Source of the DNA: Tubulanus polymorphus
Taxonomy: Eukaryota; Animalia; Nemertea
Direction of reading: 5' to 3'
Length of the DNA: 64,000 bases
Assembly (NCBI RefSeq): GCF_964204645.1
Contig: NC_134031.1
Span: 7,378,001-7,442,000 of the forward strand
Of the stretch, positions 37,128-52,100 are shown piece after piece (the stretch's first letter is position 1; each line of letters opens with the position of its first letter). The notes beneath the pieces are model-generated. The model did no database searches and was not told the DNA's origin. It saw only the letters and a program-made list of their open reading frames with translations. The position numbers and the translations under genes are program-made.

Positions 37128-37808
37128 GGGTAATCCACGCACCACCCAGCCCCCCGATCCTAGCCACATTATATAAGGGTAATCCACGCACCACCCAGCC
37201 CCTCGATCCTAGCCACATTATATAAGGGTAATCCACGCAACCACACAGCCCCTCGATCCCAGCCACTTTATATAAGGGTAATCCACGCACCACCCAGCCC
37301 CTCGATCCCAGCCACATTATATAAGGGTAATCCACGCGACACACAGCCCCTCGATCCCAGCCACATTATATAAGGGTAATCCACGCAACCACGCAGCCCC
37401 TCGATCCTAGCCACTTTATATGAGGGAAATTGGCGGGTAATCCACGCATATACCCAGCCCCTCGATCCTAGCCACTTTATATAAGGGTAATCGGCGGGTA
37501 ATCCACGCATATACCCAGCCCCTCGATCCCAGCCACTTTATATAAGGGTAATTCATGCACCACACAGCCCCTCGATCCCAGCCAATTTATACAAGGGTAA
37601 TCCAGGTACATACCCAGCCCCTCGATCCTAGCCACTTTATATAAGAGTAATCCACGCACCACACAGCCCCTCGATCCCAGCCACTTTATATAAGGGTAAT
37701 CACGGACACACACAGCCCCTCGATCCCAGCCACTTTATATAAGGGTAATCCACACATACACGCAGCCCCTCGATCCTAGCCACTTTATATAAGGGTAATC
37801 CACGCACG
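37128..37808. repeat. 49-bp minisatellite (about 13 units)
   Basis: Unit GGGTAATCCACGCACCACCCAGCCCCTCGATCC(T/C)AGCCAC(A/T)TTATATAA; starts at 37128, 37177 and onward. Confidence 0.96.
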
Positions 37809-37810
37809 GA

Positions 37811-37992
37811 TTTGTCGGTTTGTCGTTATGTCGGTTTGTCGGTTCGTCGGTATGTCGGTTTGTCGGTTCGTCGGTTCGTCGGTTTGTCGGTTCGTCGGTT
37901 CGTCGGTTTGTCGGTTCGTCGGTTTGTCGGTTTGTCGATTTGTCGGTTTGTTTGTTTGTCGGTTCGTCGGTTTGTCGGGTATGTCGGTATGT
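37811..37992. repeat. 8-bp simple repeat (GTCGGTT[T/C])n
   Basis: About 22 degenerate units immediately after the 49-bp array. Confidence 0.95.
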
Positions 37993-38316
37993 TTGCACGT
38001 CCCTATGGCGTAATGTCGTAAGATTCAATCAGTCCAATATTGGCGGATTAATTCCAAATACCAGTCCAATGTGATAAGTCTCTGCTGGAACTATTTAATG
38101 CTATAATGGATTTGAGCCGCTTTTTCTAGCTTTTTTATAGTGCTCTGAGCAACATTGCGGGCGGTTTCATAGACATGGAATAAGGTTATTCCCTGGTATC
38201 AAATCACTTATCCCAGGGATCAAATTTATTCGTAGGGAAATTTCTCTTTCATAGACGTGGATGTTTCACTTCCCGAGCAATAAGTTATGGCTTATTCCTG
38301 GCGGTAAATTTGATAC

Positions 38317-38875
38317 CTAGCTACAGCTATTTTTAACATTAGCAATCCAAGCGTTACTCCGACCACCGTGGTGCGTTTGATGGATATATTTGTACATAAA
38401 AGAAGAAAAATGTTCAGTCTGTGAAATCAATTTTGTCCAAAATTTAACGATTCTCAGTTTAACATAAATCTCTAAAGGATAGCGCCCAAGCTCACCGTAA
38501 ATAAACTCACTAGACGTAGACCTTTTCAATCTGAGTAGATATTTTAAAAATTGTAGCTGAACACGCTCGAGGACCAGTGTGTTCTCATATCCCCAAATTT
38601 CACAGCCAAACAGCAATATTGGTAATACCATACTAACATAAAGTTTCAAGGTCAGATCTAGGTCTAATGAATGTTCACTTACTTTTTTGATACAAAAAAT
38701 ACCGCATTCATAGCTTGTTCCGAAAGATTTTTACGACATTGTGTGAACGATCCAGTGTATGAAAAGAGAACACCCAGGTACTTGAACTTATCAACTATTT
38801 CTAATTTGTGACCATTAATGTAAAATTCTAGTAGGATTCTTAATCTTTTTTTCGAGAAGATAATGACCTTTCTCT
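38317..38875 (-). mobile_element. CR1/L2-group LINE ORF2 fragment (same type as 30531-)
   Basis: LEIVDKFKYLGVLF; PILLFGCEIWG..FLKYLL..IYGELGRYPL. Confidence 0.88.
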
Positions 38876-38880
38876 TACGT

Positions 38881-39365
38881 ATTATGAAGCGAGACCTCAC
38901 ACGGCAGCTCGCGCCATTTTGCAGAGCTTCTCGAGACGTGGACCTGCATTAAAGTGATGAAATGGAAAAAAAACTTTTCATGACCTATATTTTGTAATGA
39001 ATATAATATCAATTGCTAACCATAGATATAGTTAATCTTAAGTTACTATAAAACAATAATTATGAAGCGAGACCTCACACGGCAGCGCCACGCGTGCTAT
39101 TCTGCAGAGCCCTCGGGACTTGTGGTGACAGGTCTGCATTAAAACTGATGAAAAAAAACTTTACTTTTTAAGACCTCTATATATAGCAATGAATACAATA
39201 TCAATTGCTAACCATAAATAGAGTTATTGTTAAGTTACTATAAAACAATGATTATGCAGTGAGACCTCACACGGCAGCTCGCGCAATTTTGCAGAGCTTG
39301 GCGGGACCTGTGGTGACAAAGTCTGCATTAAAACTGATATAAATGGAAAAAAAAACTTCATGCTT
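38881..39365. repeat. About 180-190 bp tandem repeat, 2.7 units
   Basis: ATTATG(A/C)AG(C/T)GAGACCTCACACGGCAGC at 38881, 39059 and about 39252. Confidence 0.88.
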
Positions 39366-40197
39366 TAAATTGATGAATTGATTTAGAGTCAGTCTCAATT
39401 AAATCAGTTTCTTTATTGCATTCGGCTCTTTTACTTGTACATCATAAAAACAATGAATATAATTAGTGAGACTTCAGGACAGTGAGGAGCGATGCCGAAC
39501 TGTGATAGTGAGCTTCAGTGTCCGGAAACGAAATATCAAGACCTCGATTCATCTATCGAAAATATTCTCTTATAATGTTCTCTTACTTCTACATAAATTA
39601 ATTCATCTATGCCTGAAACTTATTTTTTCCCTTTAATAAAGAAATACAGAATAATGAATATTTTCTTCTTATAAATCAACCTTTCAAATGGATTATTAGT
39701 GCAGAAACGTTTCCTTATCGTCATTGTTGAATCATTTTGCGATATTTACGACGGGTCGGAATATTCATTCAACTCAAAACGTTCTTATCTTCCAGGTCTA
39801 GCACATGCCTAGATATTTCGCCGTTTCGTCAAATATTGTCGTGAGTTTGGGTTTTCGGGACCTGACATGACAGGTCAGACCTACAGATCTGGAAACTCTG
39901 CAGACGTAGACAGACATCGCCAACACAGATAATTTAGTCTTAGAGGAGAACAGGTTAATTGTTAATTGAGTTAATTGGCGAGTGAGTAAATAATTAGTGT
40001 TTGGCAAGGCATGAAGTACTTAGAAAGAAGGGAATTGTGCGGAGAAAAGCCCTTATTTAAATGGGGGGCGAGATCGAAACGTCGTGTATTCTTTATATTT
40101 TTTAGATTGAATAAATAAATTCTTGTTTTTAAATTCTTTTATAATCTGTAGATACTCGATAGTGGGTTTTTATCTTAGTACAGATAATTTAACCGAA

Positions 40198-43100
40198 ATG
40201 TCATCTCATGCATCCTTGCTATCGCTCCAAAAAAGTGTTTTGGATGATGTGTACCGAAAAGTCAACAGAGCCATTGTGTTCATGGATAACACGGCTGCAG
40301 AATGCTTTCACTGGAGTGACCATGTCCTGAGATTCTTGGAAGCTGGTGCTGTTAATGTGAAAGAATTGTCATCATTCGAGGTAGGCCTTAGATAGTCAGT
40401 AACCTGGTCTGTGGTTTAGTTTCACGATCGGATATTTTCACTAACTACAAACCCATCCGATTATGAAAAGCTTACCACCAACGATTAGGTAACTAACTAG
40501 GCCTTAGACTGCTAATCAGCTAATTAGTTACTACCTGGTAGGCCTAGGCCTACATCTAGTCAGTAACCGGTCTGTGGTTTAGTTTCACGATCGGATATTT
40601 TCACAAACCACATATTGGTATAAGCCCATCCTATTATAAAAAGCTTTACCACCAACGATAAGGTAGACTAGTTTCCTAAATTGCAAATTTCATTCCTGAC
40701 TCGAACCCGGGCCAGTAAATTACTAGCGCAGCGTGATACCACTAGACCACCGAGCTCACTGAAAATCAACCGAATGTTTTAACTATATATAGTACCTCAC
40801 CTTACCCTAATCCTATATCCCTAGGGGTAAAACGGACCCTAATCCTAACCCTCTGGACCCACTTCTCACCCTCTTGACACTAGCACTAACCCTAAACCCA
40901 ATATAATGATTTTATTGTTACTTTCATTAATTAATACTATAATATATAGTAATATTGTACAGTAAAATAGTGGAAGTAAACACTTTGCCGTATACGGTTA
41001 AGTATCCACTTCGAAGGCCGCGAGCGGGGGACTTGGTATCCGCCTCCGTCCATCCGTCCGTCCGCATGAGCTTGTGAACGCGATTCAAGAAGAACCGTTG
41101 ATCGCAGGACTATTATATTACACAGTATGATTACCCCTAGGGAGAGGATGTGCCCTATTGATTTTAGGGTCCAAGTACCAAAGGTCAAGGTCACTACACG
41201 TCATTCATGTGAAACCTTGTGAACGTGATTCAAGAAGAACCGTTGATAGCAGGACCATGATATTACGTAGTATGATTACCCCTAGGGAGAGGATGTGCCC
41301 TATTGATTTTGGGGGAAAAGGTCAAGGTCACTAGATATCATTTATATGAAACCTTGTAAACATGATTCAAGAAGAACCATTGATAACAGAACAATGCTAT
41401 TTCATAGTGATTACCCCTGGGGAGAGGATGTGCATTAGTGATTTTGGAGTTCTAGGGTCAAAGATCAAGGTTGGTAGACGTCTTTTGCCTAAAACCCTGT
41501 AAACTCAATTCTTAAATAACTATTCATAGCAGGAAAATGATATTTCATAGTATGGTTATTTATGGGTACACTCATCATTTTTAGCCCACTTGGGACTTAA
41601 GTCCCAGCGGGCTATTGCGTTCACTTTTCGTCCGTCGTCCGTCCGTCCATAGACGGAATCCAGTTATTTTGGGAAGTTTTGAAGACGCTTCAAGGTAATG
41701 TCTTGATATTTGGGTTACACATGTATCTACCCTAGACACATCATCAGCCCAAAAACTGGCCCTGTCAGATTCAAGATGGCCGACTGGCAGCCATTGTTGT
41801 TCGCCAAAATCAGCACTTTACACATTTTTTTTACTTTTTGAGGGAAATTTTGAAGACGCTTCGATCAATTACCTTGATCTTTCGGATATATGTGAATTCC
41901 CCCACGGCCCATCAGCATGACAAAAATTGGGTCAATCGGACTCAAGATGGCCGTCCTATGACCTTTTAGTGCCCAAAAATGTTAATTTTGGCCCAAATTC
42001 TGAGTCCTGTAGCTTCCTACTGGTTTATCATTTCTCATTGCAATTTGTGATGGGTATTCTTTGGAAAGGGATGTTTTATACCTGAGACAGGTATTTTTCA
42101 TCAGCCAATTATGACGCAATTGGCGGCCATCTTGGTGTCAGCAGTACTCGTTCGTAAGTGGGAAAAAGTTTTTCCACATTATATTGATACCTAAGCGTAT
42201 TTTGTTACCACAATCATTTAGAAAGTTGTAGCTCATAAGTGTTCTATGATTGTGGTGAGTTTCAAGGTCATTGGTTTTTGTATATGGCCACCAGGGGCCA
42301 TTGAATAATGCAATATCTTAGTATTTCTATATTATATTCGTATCAATGCATATTTTGTAACCGCAATCAATTGCAAAGTTGTAGCTCATGACATCAGCTA
42401 TGATTGTGACAAGTTTTAAGGCCATTAGTTATTCTATATGGTCACCAGGGGGCGTTGAATAGTAGAATAACTTATTATTTCCTTATTATATTGGTACCTA
42501 GGCATATTTTGTTACCATGATCAATTACAAAGTTATAGTTCGTGACATGTTCTATGATTGTGGTGAGTTTCGAGGTCATTGGGTTTTGAATATGGTCACC
42601 AGGGGGCGTTGAATAGTAGAATAACTTAGTATTTCCATATTATAGTGGTAACGATGCATATTTTGTTATCACAATCAATTACAAAATCGGAGCTGCTGAC
42701 ATGTTCTATGATTGTGGTGAGTTTCAAGGTCATTGGATTCTGTATATGGTCACCAGGGGGCGTTGAATATTGATATTGTTAGATTGTTGAGCATTTGGAA
42801 CCACTTCCCAAGTGGGCATGGTGTCCCTGGACCCCTAGTTCTATACCAAAGATCAGTGTCTTCAGGGGTCATTCATTCCCTGCTGGCTATCGCGGGGGAC
42901 ATAGATATGTAGTATCAAATTGCCTTGTTAATATTGATAAACTACGTATTAAAACTCACCCTAAAACATATTAACACTTAACCTAACCCTAATGTAACCC
43001 TAAGCGTAATGATTGTCGTTAGCCCACTTGGGACTTTAGTCCATAGATGGAATTCAGTTAATTTGAGCTCTTATTGAAAATTGAGTTCAAGTATGGCCAC

Positions 43101-46100
43101 CAGGGTTGCCATCCATCTTTGATTTCTTTTCAGCACGATGCCTACACCAATTCTTGATGCATTTTTTCATGTAGTGTGATCTTTGGGGCAGCTAAAATGG
43201 GCTTGTCTTTTCATAAAGGATATATTAACAGAAAATGAACATTATCGCCACATAGCCTATACCTCTTAACTATTTTAAGACTTGTTACATCGTTACAATG
43301 TAAATCTTTCTGTAAAACTTTGAATACTGAATTCTTCTTCAAATGCATCATGAAGGTATAATAAGGCCCGTGGGCCTCTTGTTATTCGTATATCTTAAAT
43401 ATAGATGTTGGCAAAATATCCACTTTTATAATCAGGTTAGCTTGTATACTAACCAAGCTCATACCTTTGCAGGGTCCGATCTAAGGAATGAAAGCCACTT
43501 CCCCAGGGGGTAAGCATATCTGAAATTTCACTACTTGCCATACATAGGCCATCCGATTGGTAGCACTATCATCCGTTGTATCGAGTGGGAAAAAAGCTTT
43601 GTGACATAAAATTACACTAGCCCAGGGGACACGTGATAATGATAACCTACTTGCCCTGATGAGAATATACTTGTCCCGGGCAATCGGAAAAGTGCTTAGA
43701 TCGGACCCTGCCTTTGTGGTTTATATGCTAAATATTGGGTCGTGAACAAAACCACAGAAAGGTTACTGACTATATTCGAGGTTAAGCCAGGCGTAGAAAA
43801 GTCGGCCATATTTTTTCCGCACGTTTTGAAAAGCATAGAACTAACGATAACAAAATGCTGCATCATCATCCAATTGATATATTAATTAGGCTAGTCGAGA
43901 GTGGGCCTTCCTTGGTTACTTGTTCTGGAAGTGTCTGCTTCATACAACAGTCCACGCTGGTCATGTGAACATCAATAATACCAGACAGTGCCCTTTTGAA
44001 TCCTTTCCAAAATTTCCAACAAAAATCTAACTTTTTTGACAGAACTGGTTCTTAAAAAATTTTTTCTACAAAATTATATTCCCCTGTTAACCAATCAAAA
44101 GGGCTTATGTTTAGCCTGAATACCAGACACTTTGAACAACGGCTGAATACTAGACAAGCCTAAGTTGAGTTGCAATCAATTGAGTTTTTTCTACTTAATC
44201 ATAGGTGGCAGATGCTGGCATCAAAAAAGCAATATTTATTACAACGAAACTTCTTTTTGGAACGACTTTGGCAATCATTCAAGATATTATCAAAGCCAGT
44301 AGCCTGCAGTATGTAATAGTCATCACAGCAGTCAGCCCGGCAATGCACATTTATTCGAAGCAAGGCTCATTCGACGGCGATGAAAAAGAAATTTTCTACC
44401 AACTCGAAGAAAGGTTATTAGAATGGATGGGAAATATGGTAAGTTTCCTTCATAATTGTATTACATATAATATCTCGCTTTCCTGGTTGCCCTTGCCGAA
44501 GTCATTTTAGTTGGGACCATCATTATGCTAGGGAATCATACTTACCGGGTAGCAAAATTAAATGAATGGGATACCGGCAAGTTTACTGTGGGAAGCGAGG
44601 ATTCGGTGTTAAAATCCACCAGGATCGCTAGTGGCACTGTGGTTACCGCGCTTCAATTTCTTCAACATTTCAATTAAATTCGAGTCAACTTTTCCGATTA
44701 GTAAATCAATTTTTAGTGAAATCAATACCATCCACTGAGTGAGAAAGGGAATTTTATATCAATCCAATGAGTTGTTTAATAATTTTCTCATTTGTGAGCC
44801 TAAAAGTAAAGTTCAAATTTCATTGAAAATGAATTGATTTTCATTACGAATAACCCAGTGTTTTGTCGCGCCATCTGATGTTGCCGGTATCCCATTGTGG
44901 AAATACAATTTGGGACTCAAAAAAAGAGGTGATTTAAGAAAAGAGACTAGTAACGATTTTACATGTTCCAGGTACTTAAGCGTAGGGTTCACCCAATAAA
45001 TCACTTGATTTTCTGAACATATGCAAAGGGATTGTCAATTCATGCTTCATAAACCCAGCAAATGTTTTTGTCCTAAATCATTAAAAAGAAAGGTGGCGAG
45101 TTTCAGGCGCGGATCCATTGCCATTCGGTGACTACAGCACAATGAAAAGGGCACCAACTTTGAAAAGGGCCAGTATTAATGCCCAGGGAGCGAGTTTGAG
45201 TGCCATTTATTGGTATCATGCCACTAAATTTGCCTTCACACTCAATTTGCTTAAGCCTTTTTGAGATTTTTGGCAAAATTTGCCCTTTTAAGATTAGATT
45301 TATAGAGCAACAATAATGTCTCTTTTAGAATAGTGCCCTTTTGAGTAAAGGAAAATGCCTTAGATTGCCTTTTTTGATTTAGGGCAATTTATTTTCATTC
45401 ACATTTTGCTTTAGTCCCAGCACAGAAAGGCAATTATTTTTTTATGACGCACAAATTGTGTGCCCTTTTATTTACTTTTTTCCCGGAACAAAAATTTTTC
45501 AAGGGCATTTGAAAACTGCGACTACCGCACGTGCTGCATGTGCGACAGTCTGGATCCGCGCCTGAGTTTTTCACCAGGGGCATTTGATAATGAAATTGAT
45601 TCAGGCCTATTTTGTTCCTTTTTCTTCTTTTGCAGAACTACACATCAGAAGTCGTACATATTCCATTCAATGTAGCCCCGATCACACCAGATCTGTTCAT
45701 ATTACCAGACTATACTGATATGTTTCCACTGATGCCTTCTGACTGTAAATCTATCGAATTGCAATTCAACCTTGGAAAAACAGCCAAGGTAAAATATTAC
45801 ATCCTGTATCAAAATTCCTAGATTAAGAAAGAAAAGTCATGAATGTTTCATATGTGCGTGCGTATAGATTCATATAATTGTTTGTTCCAGGCTGAAAGGA
45901 AAGAAATGGCTTCTTTGAAAGATGTAGAATTTTTCCACTTGCCTAAACAGTTGAAACTCCAGTATAAGGTACCCTATCCTTTGTTCATATTTTAGGTGTT
46001 CATTGTTTGGATTACAAGATTGAGTTTGTGTGTTCATTTTCATTCTGACAAAAAGTATAGTTTGCACAATATTGTTTTAGTCACCCTCGTGCCTCATCAT

Positions 46101-49100
46101 AATGAACGTACAGTTTATAACGAATCGATTAGCTGTTACTATTCGCCATAATTAGGTTTCATCATAAATCGTCATTTTTATTCTATTCCGGTGTATTCAG
46201 AATTTGTGTTGATTTCTCATATTTGTAGAAATTTTATTACAGTTGTTAGCGAGTTTATTGAACAGTCTGATGGACGTGTACAATGTTAGAGATGAGTGCT
46301 ACAGTATCGGTCATACGAGTCGTATCATAGCAATGGAACTAGCGAACCATGCAGCTGGACGCAATAGAAGAAAGGTATGATATTACTCTCATATCCTCAG
46401 ACTTAGACGAAGAGGATGTCACTTCAACCACCTCCCCATGCCACCAGCTATCCCGCTAGATGGTGTGCGTATCAATAGGACAACTCAATCGAAATTTTGA
46501 AAAATTTAGTTCATTTTTTTTCACCTGAATTTTTAGCCTCCCAACATAAAGATTAGGCGAAATGTATCTCTTGACTCAGATTGATGTTTAGGGTTCATAA
46601 ATAGATTGATTTCTATTCATCGTTAATAGAATTCGGGAAGTTATGGATAGGTTTTTATTGAATATGAGAAGAAATCCAACAGCCATTCATTGTAGGAATG
46701 CACAATGACAAATCTCCTCGCTTGCCACAAGTAGAATCCTCGATGACAAAAGTTTTAGGAGTTGCCGAAAGGAGTCATTATTATCTCGATAGTAGAACAT
46801 TGTTGCATCAATCTTGGATATAATGATTTATCAGATTGAGAGATAGAAACTGTGACCCAAAATGATGGTTAATTTCATATTGGATGAAAAAAAAGATTCA
46901 CTGGTCATCTCAAGTTCCACTGCTGTAAATTATAATGCCATTAATCAAGAAGAAGAAGAAAAGTTATCACTATTGTCTTCATTTTTTGACAAACATTTGA
47001 TTAACATATCAAATTGCCAGTGATATTTTTCAGGCATCAACCAATAGGGCGTCTATAATTCTGATGGATCGAAGTTTAGATATAGCAGGTTGTGCTAGTC
47101 ATCACAGTGATAACATCCTGGATAAAATTATCAACATTCTACCTCGTCTCCCACCACATAATATTGATATCAGCGTTAACATGGCTCCTTTGTGCCATTT
47201 ACCGAGGTAAGTAGTCAGTAACTTGGTTCTGTCCTTTGAAAATCCATTATGTCACTTCGTAATAGTAATATCACAAAAACTATGCATGGGAATAACCTCA
47301 CTCGTGCTAAGTACCGGTATAGATAAGGCTCCGTATTTTGAGGAGAAATCTAAGCTGATGAAGAAAACTAGTAATCTGGGGTAGTAATGAGTTCTCTAGA
47401 ACAGGGGCCCATTTTATAGACTAATTGTAAGTTGGCCACTGGGAGTTGTTCACTGGTTAACTCGGTTGAATATGAATTGAGTCTAAATTCCCACTTGAGG
47501 TTGTTGATGTTAACACCAGTCTATAAATTTAACTTCATATCAGGGGTTAACTTTAAATCGACTCTGAATTGAGTTACCTCTGGGTTAAAACTCTAAAACT
47601 GGCCCCTGGCCTTTTGAGTTAAGGTTTTTTACATCAAATTGTTAATTAAGTTTTTTTCTATGACATCAGTTTCTCAGAAAACCCTAAATTTATTTTCCGA
47701 AATTATCCCCCAAACGGGAAGTCTTGTGTTCTGTTACTGTTATATACATGATTCAGTGAATGTGTGGATGATGTGATGGTGCCGGGTTGTTTGTCCCATC
47801 CACGAGAACCGAAAGCTACGAATCTCTTGCAAAATCTGATGTGCGCGAAACAAAAGGTAAATCAATATTTGGTTGACAAATACAATAATTTTGACAGTAT
47901 TTGAAACACAGTAATAATGAATTTGAAATTTAATTGTTCATGAAAAAGCACAAGTGAAATGAGAATTACTGTACTTCAAGATTTTAAGTATTCAATGCGC
48001 TGATATATAGGATTCTAATGAATAAATTTGCATGTTAACTAATTAACCGACAATTTTGATTGAAATTCATTATTCTTTAACCATTTCAAACCTTTGAAAT
48101 TTGACTATTCTTAGGAAGGACTGATGGGTGTAAACCGGCTTTTAGTGGAGACAGCCCAAACTGAGGAAGTACCAATAAAATTATCCGGAAAACCGGGCCG
48201 AGTTTCATTAGATCAAATCCTTTCACACATAGATCTATTCAAGTAAGTATGACCTATAAACCCTGCCTTTATACTTGTTCTTACCAATAACTTGCATTTA
48301 ATTGCTCAAACAGAGAGTTGAGGAGCATTAGTGAAAACCCCCAATGCCTCATCAATCCAATTTAGTGTATACGCAATGTATATAAAGTGATATGCTTGAC
48401 ATTCTGCCATCCAAGTTAATGCGATGTATAAATCTTGTATTGGTTTCTGTTGCATACGTCATCTGCCTTTTAATAGCAAACCTAGTCAGAATACCAGACT
48501 ACGTTATGGGACGGGTTATTGCTTGCTTTGGGAACAACAGCTAGGCACTGGACTGTTGTGCACACAGTGAGTCTCTGGGAAAAGTGCCAGGTATATCTTA
48601 TCGTGCAGTAGAACATATGACCATTACAACAGAAGGTTTTGGCTTCTTCCCAGGACATCTTGATGAACTTAAGTTCATTGATTAGTGTCCTTGGCCAGGT
48701 GTTTTGTGGTCTTCCTTGTTTCCTACAACCTCGTGGTTGTCAGTCTAGTGCGTGATGTACGATGTATGATTGTTCGCGGTGTAAATTGTGACTAATCCAC
48801 TTCATTCACTTCCATTCATGGATGGTTTTGAAGACAGGAATCTGTTTGGTGCAGGCTCACGGATCCTCATCAGAGATTGGATCAGGCAATCTTACACGAA
48901 GGATCCTCAACAGTCAGTATAAGCTCTGAGATATATTTTTTCTAGGAATGACATAGACGCTTTAACAAATAACAGCGGTGTACTGCAGGTGGCTCTTGCA
49001 GTTGTAAAGGCGCTGAAAAATCCGGATTGTACAAAATGGGATTCATTACTCGGTGTCGAGCGACTTCTACTGCAGAATATGGGTGACGAAGATTGTCCCT

Positions 49101-52100
49101 CTGCTGCTAGTCAAATCGTACAGTTAATTGATGGTCAACTTCGGAAAAAAGAAAGGTCAATCAAAATTTTTCATGAACCACTATGTGATAAGTCTCTTGA
49201 GTGCGGTCAAATTCATTGATTCTTTTTATATTTTCAGTGAATACATTGTTGAAGATTATATATTACTTTTGTTGTTTGTTTTTTCTCTGATTGGAGATGA
49301 TTGTATACATGGGTCATTAGAAGAGCGTAAGCTGAAGGTTAGTTACCCTAGCATCATCTGATCAAAGACTTTTTAGCCCACTTGGGACTTCAGTCCCAGC
49401 GGGCTATTGCGTTAACTTTTCGTCCATCGTTCGTCCGTCCGTCCATCCATCCGTCCGTAGACGGAGTCCAGTTATTTAGGGAAGTTTTGAAGACGCTTCA
49501 ATGTAATGTCTTGATATTTTGGTTACACATATATCTTCCCTAGACACATCTTCAGCCCAAAAACTGGCCCTGTCAGAATCAAGATGGCCGACTGGCAGCC
49601 ATTGTTGTTTGCCTTTTTTTCACATTTTTGAACTTTTGGAGGGAAATATTGAAGACACTTTGATCAATTACCTTGATCTTTTGGATTTTTTTTAATCCCC
49701 CCAAGGCCCATCAGCATAAGAAAAATTGGGTCGATCAGACTCAAGATGGCCATCTTATGACCTTATTAGTGCCCAAAAATGTCAATTTTGGCCAGAATTC
49801 TGAGTCCTGTAGCTTCCTACTGGTTTGCCATTTCTCATTGCAATTTGTGATGGGTATTCTTTGGAAAGGGATGTTTTATACCTGAGACAGATATTTTTGA
49901 TCAGCCAATTATGACGCAATAGGCAGCCATCTTGGGAAAAAGTTTTTCAACATTATATTGATACCTAAGCATATTTTGTTACCACTATGGAATAGAAAAG
50001 AGTAGCTTATAACGTGTTATATGATTGTGGTGAGTTTCAAGGTCATTGGTTTTTGTCTATGGCCACCAGGGGGCGTTGAATATTACAATATCTCAGTATT
50101 TCTATATTATATTTGTACCAATGCATATTTTGTTACCACAATCAATTACAAAGTTGTAGCTCATGACATCGTCTATGATTGTGGTGAGTTTTAAAGACAT
50201 TAGTTATTCTAAATGGTCACCAGGGGGCGCTGAATAGTATAATAACTTAGTATTTCCTTATTACCGTATTTTCCGGCCAATAAGCCGAGGGCAGTTTTTT
50301 AGCCTAAAATACATGGATTTCATAAAGCTTTGCCCAATAAGCCGAGGCCCTTCATCAGAGATTTTAATTCACTGATTTGTCAATTAGTTCGTCTTAATTG
50401 ACGATTTAAGAGGCTGACAGTAGCGCCCGCCGATGTGTGAGAGTGCTGTGTATACTATCATCGCCGAGTGACTGTGCTATATATAGACTCACTCAGCTGA
50501 TTACTATACACACAGCCATACACGCAGTACGCGGCTCACTGCTGATTTGCATATATACTAATGTATGAACTGACACGTGGTAGTATGATGAACTCGCGCG
50601 TAATATAAATGTATACCATTGCCGCTGTGCGGTGATGGAACAATCAAAGTAAAAATAAAATAGTTCAAAATAGATTATAATTGGTAGTAAATAATGACCT
50701 CAAATAAATATCGACCACTTTTCTTGATTTTGACGATCATTGAGAGCATTAAAGTGGCATAGATCGGGAAGTGATTTTTTATGTCAGATCGTATCCGCCC
50801 AATAAGCCGATCACGATATTTTGGGTAAAAATCTGAGGCTAGAAAATCGGCTTATTGGCCGGAAAATACGGTAGTAGTAGTGTCCGTTTGGTACTATGGT
50901 CTCTTAGGCTTTGACCTCTTCTAGCGTAAAAATTAATACTACAGCTTTGGTTGGTGCGCAGTTTTGTATATTTGTAAATCGATGCTCTCTCTGCTTACTA
51001 TTCCGTTTCCACTAGCGTTTTTTTATAACACAATTCTAAAAGTTTCATATATACACACGTAACATATATTCAGAGTTTAATCCTTATAGGAATACAGCTT
51101 CGGGTGCGTACTCCAATGTCTGTGAAGCCTGACCTTAAAGCAATCCACCGACGGTGCTCTAACAAATTCTAAAGGTAGCGAATTCCAGATCTGGATCGTT
51201 CATATACTAAAAAAGTATTTTCTACAGTTTAATTTTGCTCTTGACAGAAACAATTTAAATGGATGACCACGAGTTCTAGTGGACAGTACCCTGGGTAGAA
51301 AGTTTGGTGGGGAGGGACATATACCATGTACATATTTATACGTGTTGATCGATTGCATCACCCCTCATTCTTCTATAAACCAGGGTTGGAAGTTTAAGTT
51401 GTTATAGGCGCTGTTCATAAGATAAATTCTGTAATCTGGGAACCATCCTAGTCACTCTCCTTTGGACTGCCTCAATAGTGTCAATATCCTTTTGATACTG
51501 CAAGGCCCATACTATATTAGCATACTCTAATATCGGTCGAATTAGGGCCATATACAGAGGTATCAGTGTATCCTCTTCTAGATAGACGTATGTGTTTTTG
51601 ATAGCTGATAATGTTCTGTATGCTTTGTTCAGTACATTTCGAATTTGTGATTCAAATATCAATTTATTGTTGACGTCTACTCCTAAGTCTCTCTCACACT
51701 TGATTTCCTCCAATAGTAAGCGGTTTCCATCAGCATCGTTGATGTGTTACCTAAAATCCGGTGGGTTTCTACCTATTCTTATTACTTTGCATACTTATTA
51801 TATTGGTACTTAGGCATATCTTGTTACCATGATCAATTGCAAAGTTGTAGTTCATGACATGTTCTATGATTGTGGTGAGTTTCAAGGTCATTGGGTTTTG
51901 AATATGGTCACCTTGGGGCGTTGAATAGTAGAATAACTTTGTATTTCCATATTAAATTGGTAACAAGGCATCTTTTGTTATCACAATCAATTACAAAATG
52001 GTAGCTGCCGACATATTCTATGATTGTGGTGAGTTTCAAGGTCATTGGTTTTTGTATATGGTCACCAGGGGGCATTGAATATTGAAATTGTTAGATTATT

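Noticed and set aside
37099-38074. Multiple repetitive ORFs on both strands
   Set aside because: They derive from the 49-bp and 8-bp tandem repeats.
40696-40756. Functional tRNA gene
   Set aside because: A/B boxes are present but no convincing acceptor stem, and a diverged second copy exists, so it is better read as a SINE head or pseudogene.
40801-40900. Telomere-like CCCTAA motifs (also 42958-43003)
   Set aside because: Short, degenerate and intronic; consistent with interspersed-repeat internal motifs rather than a telomere.
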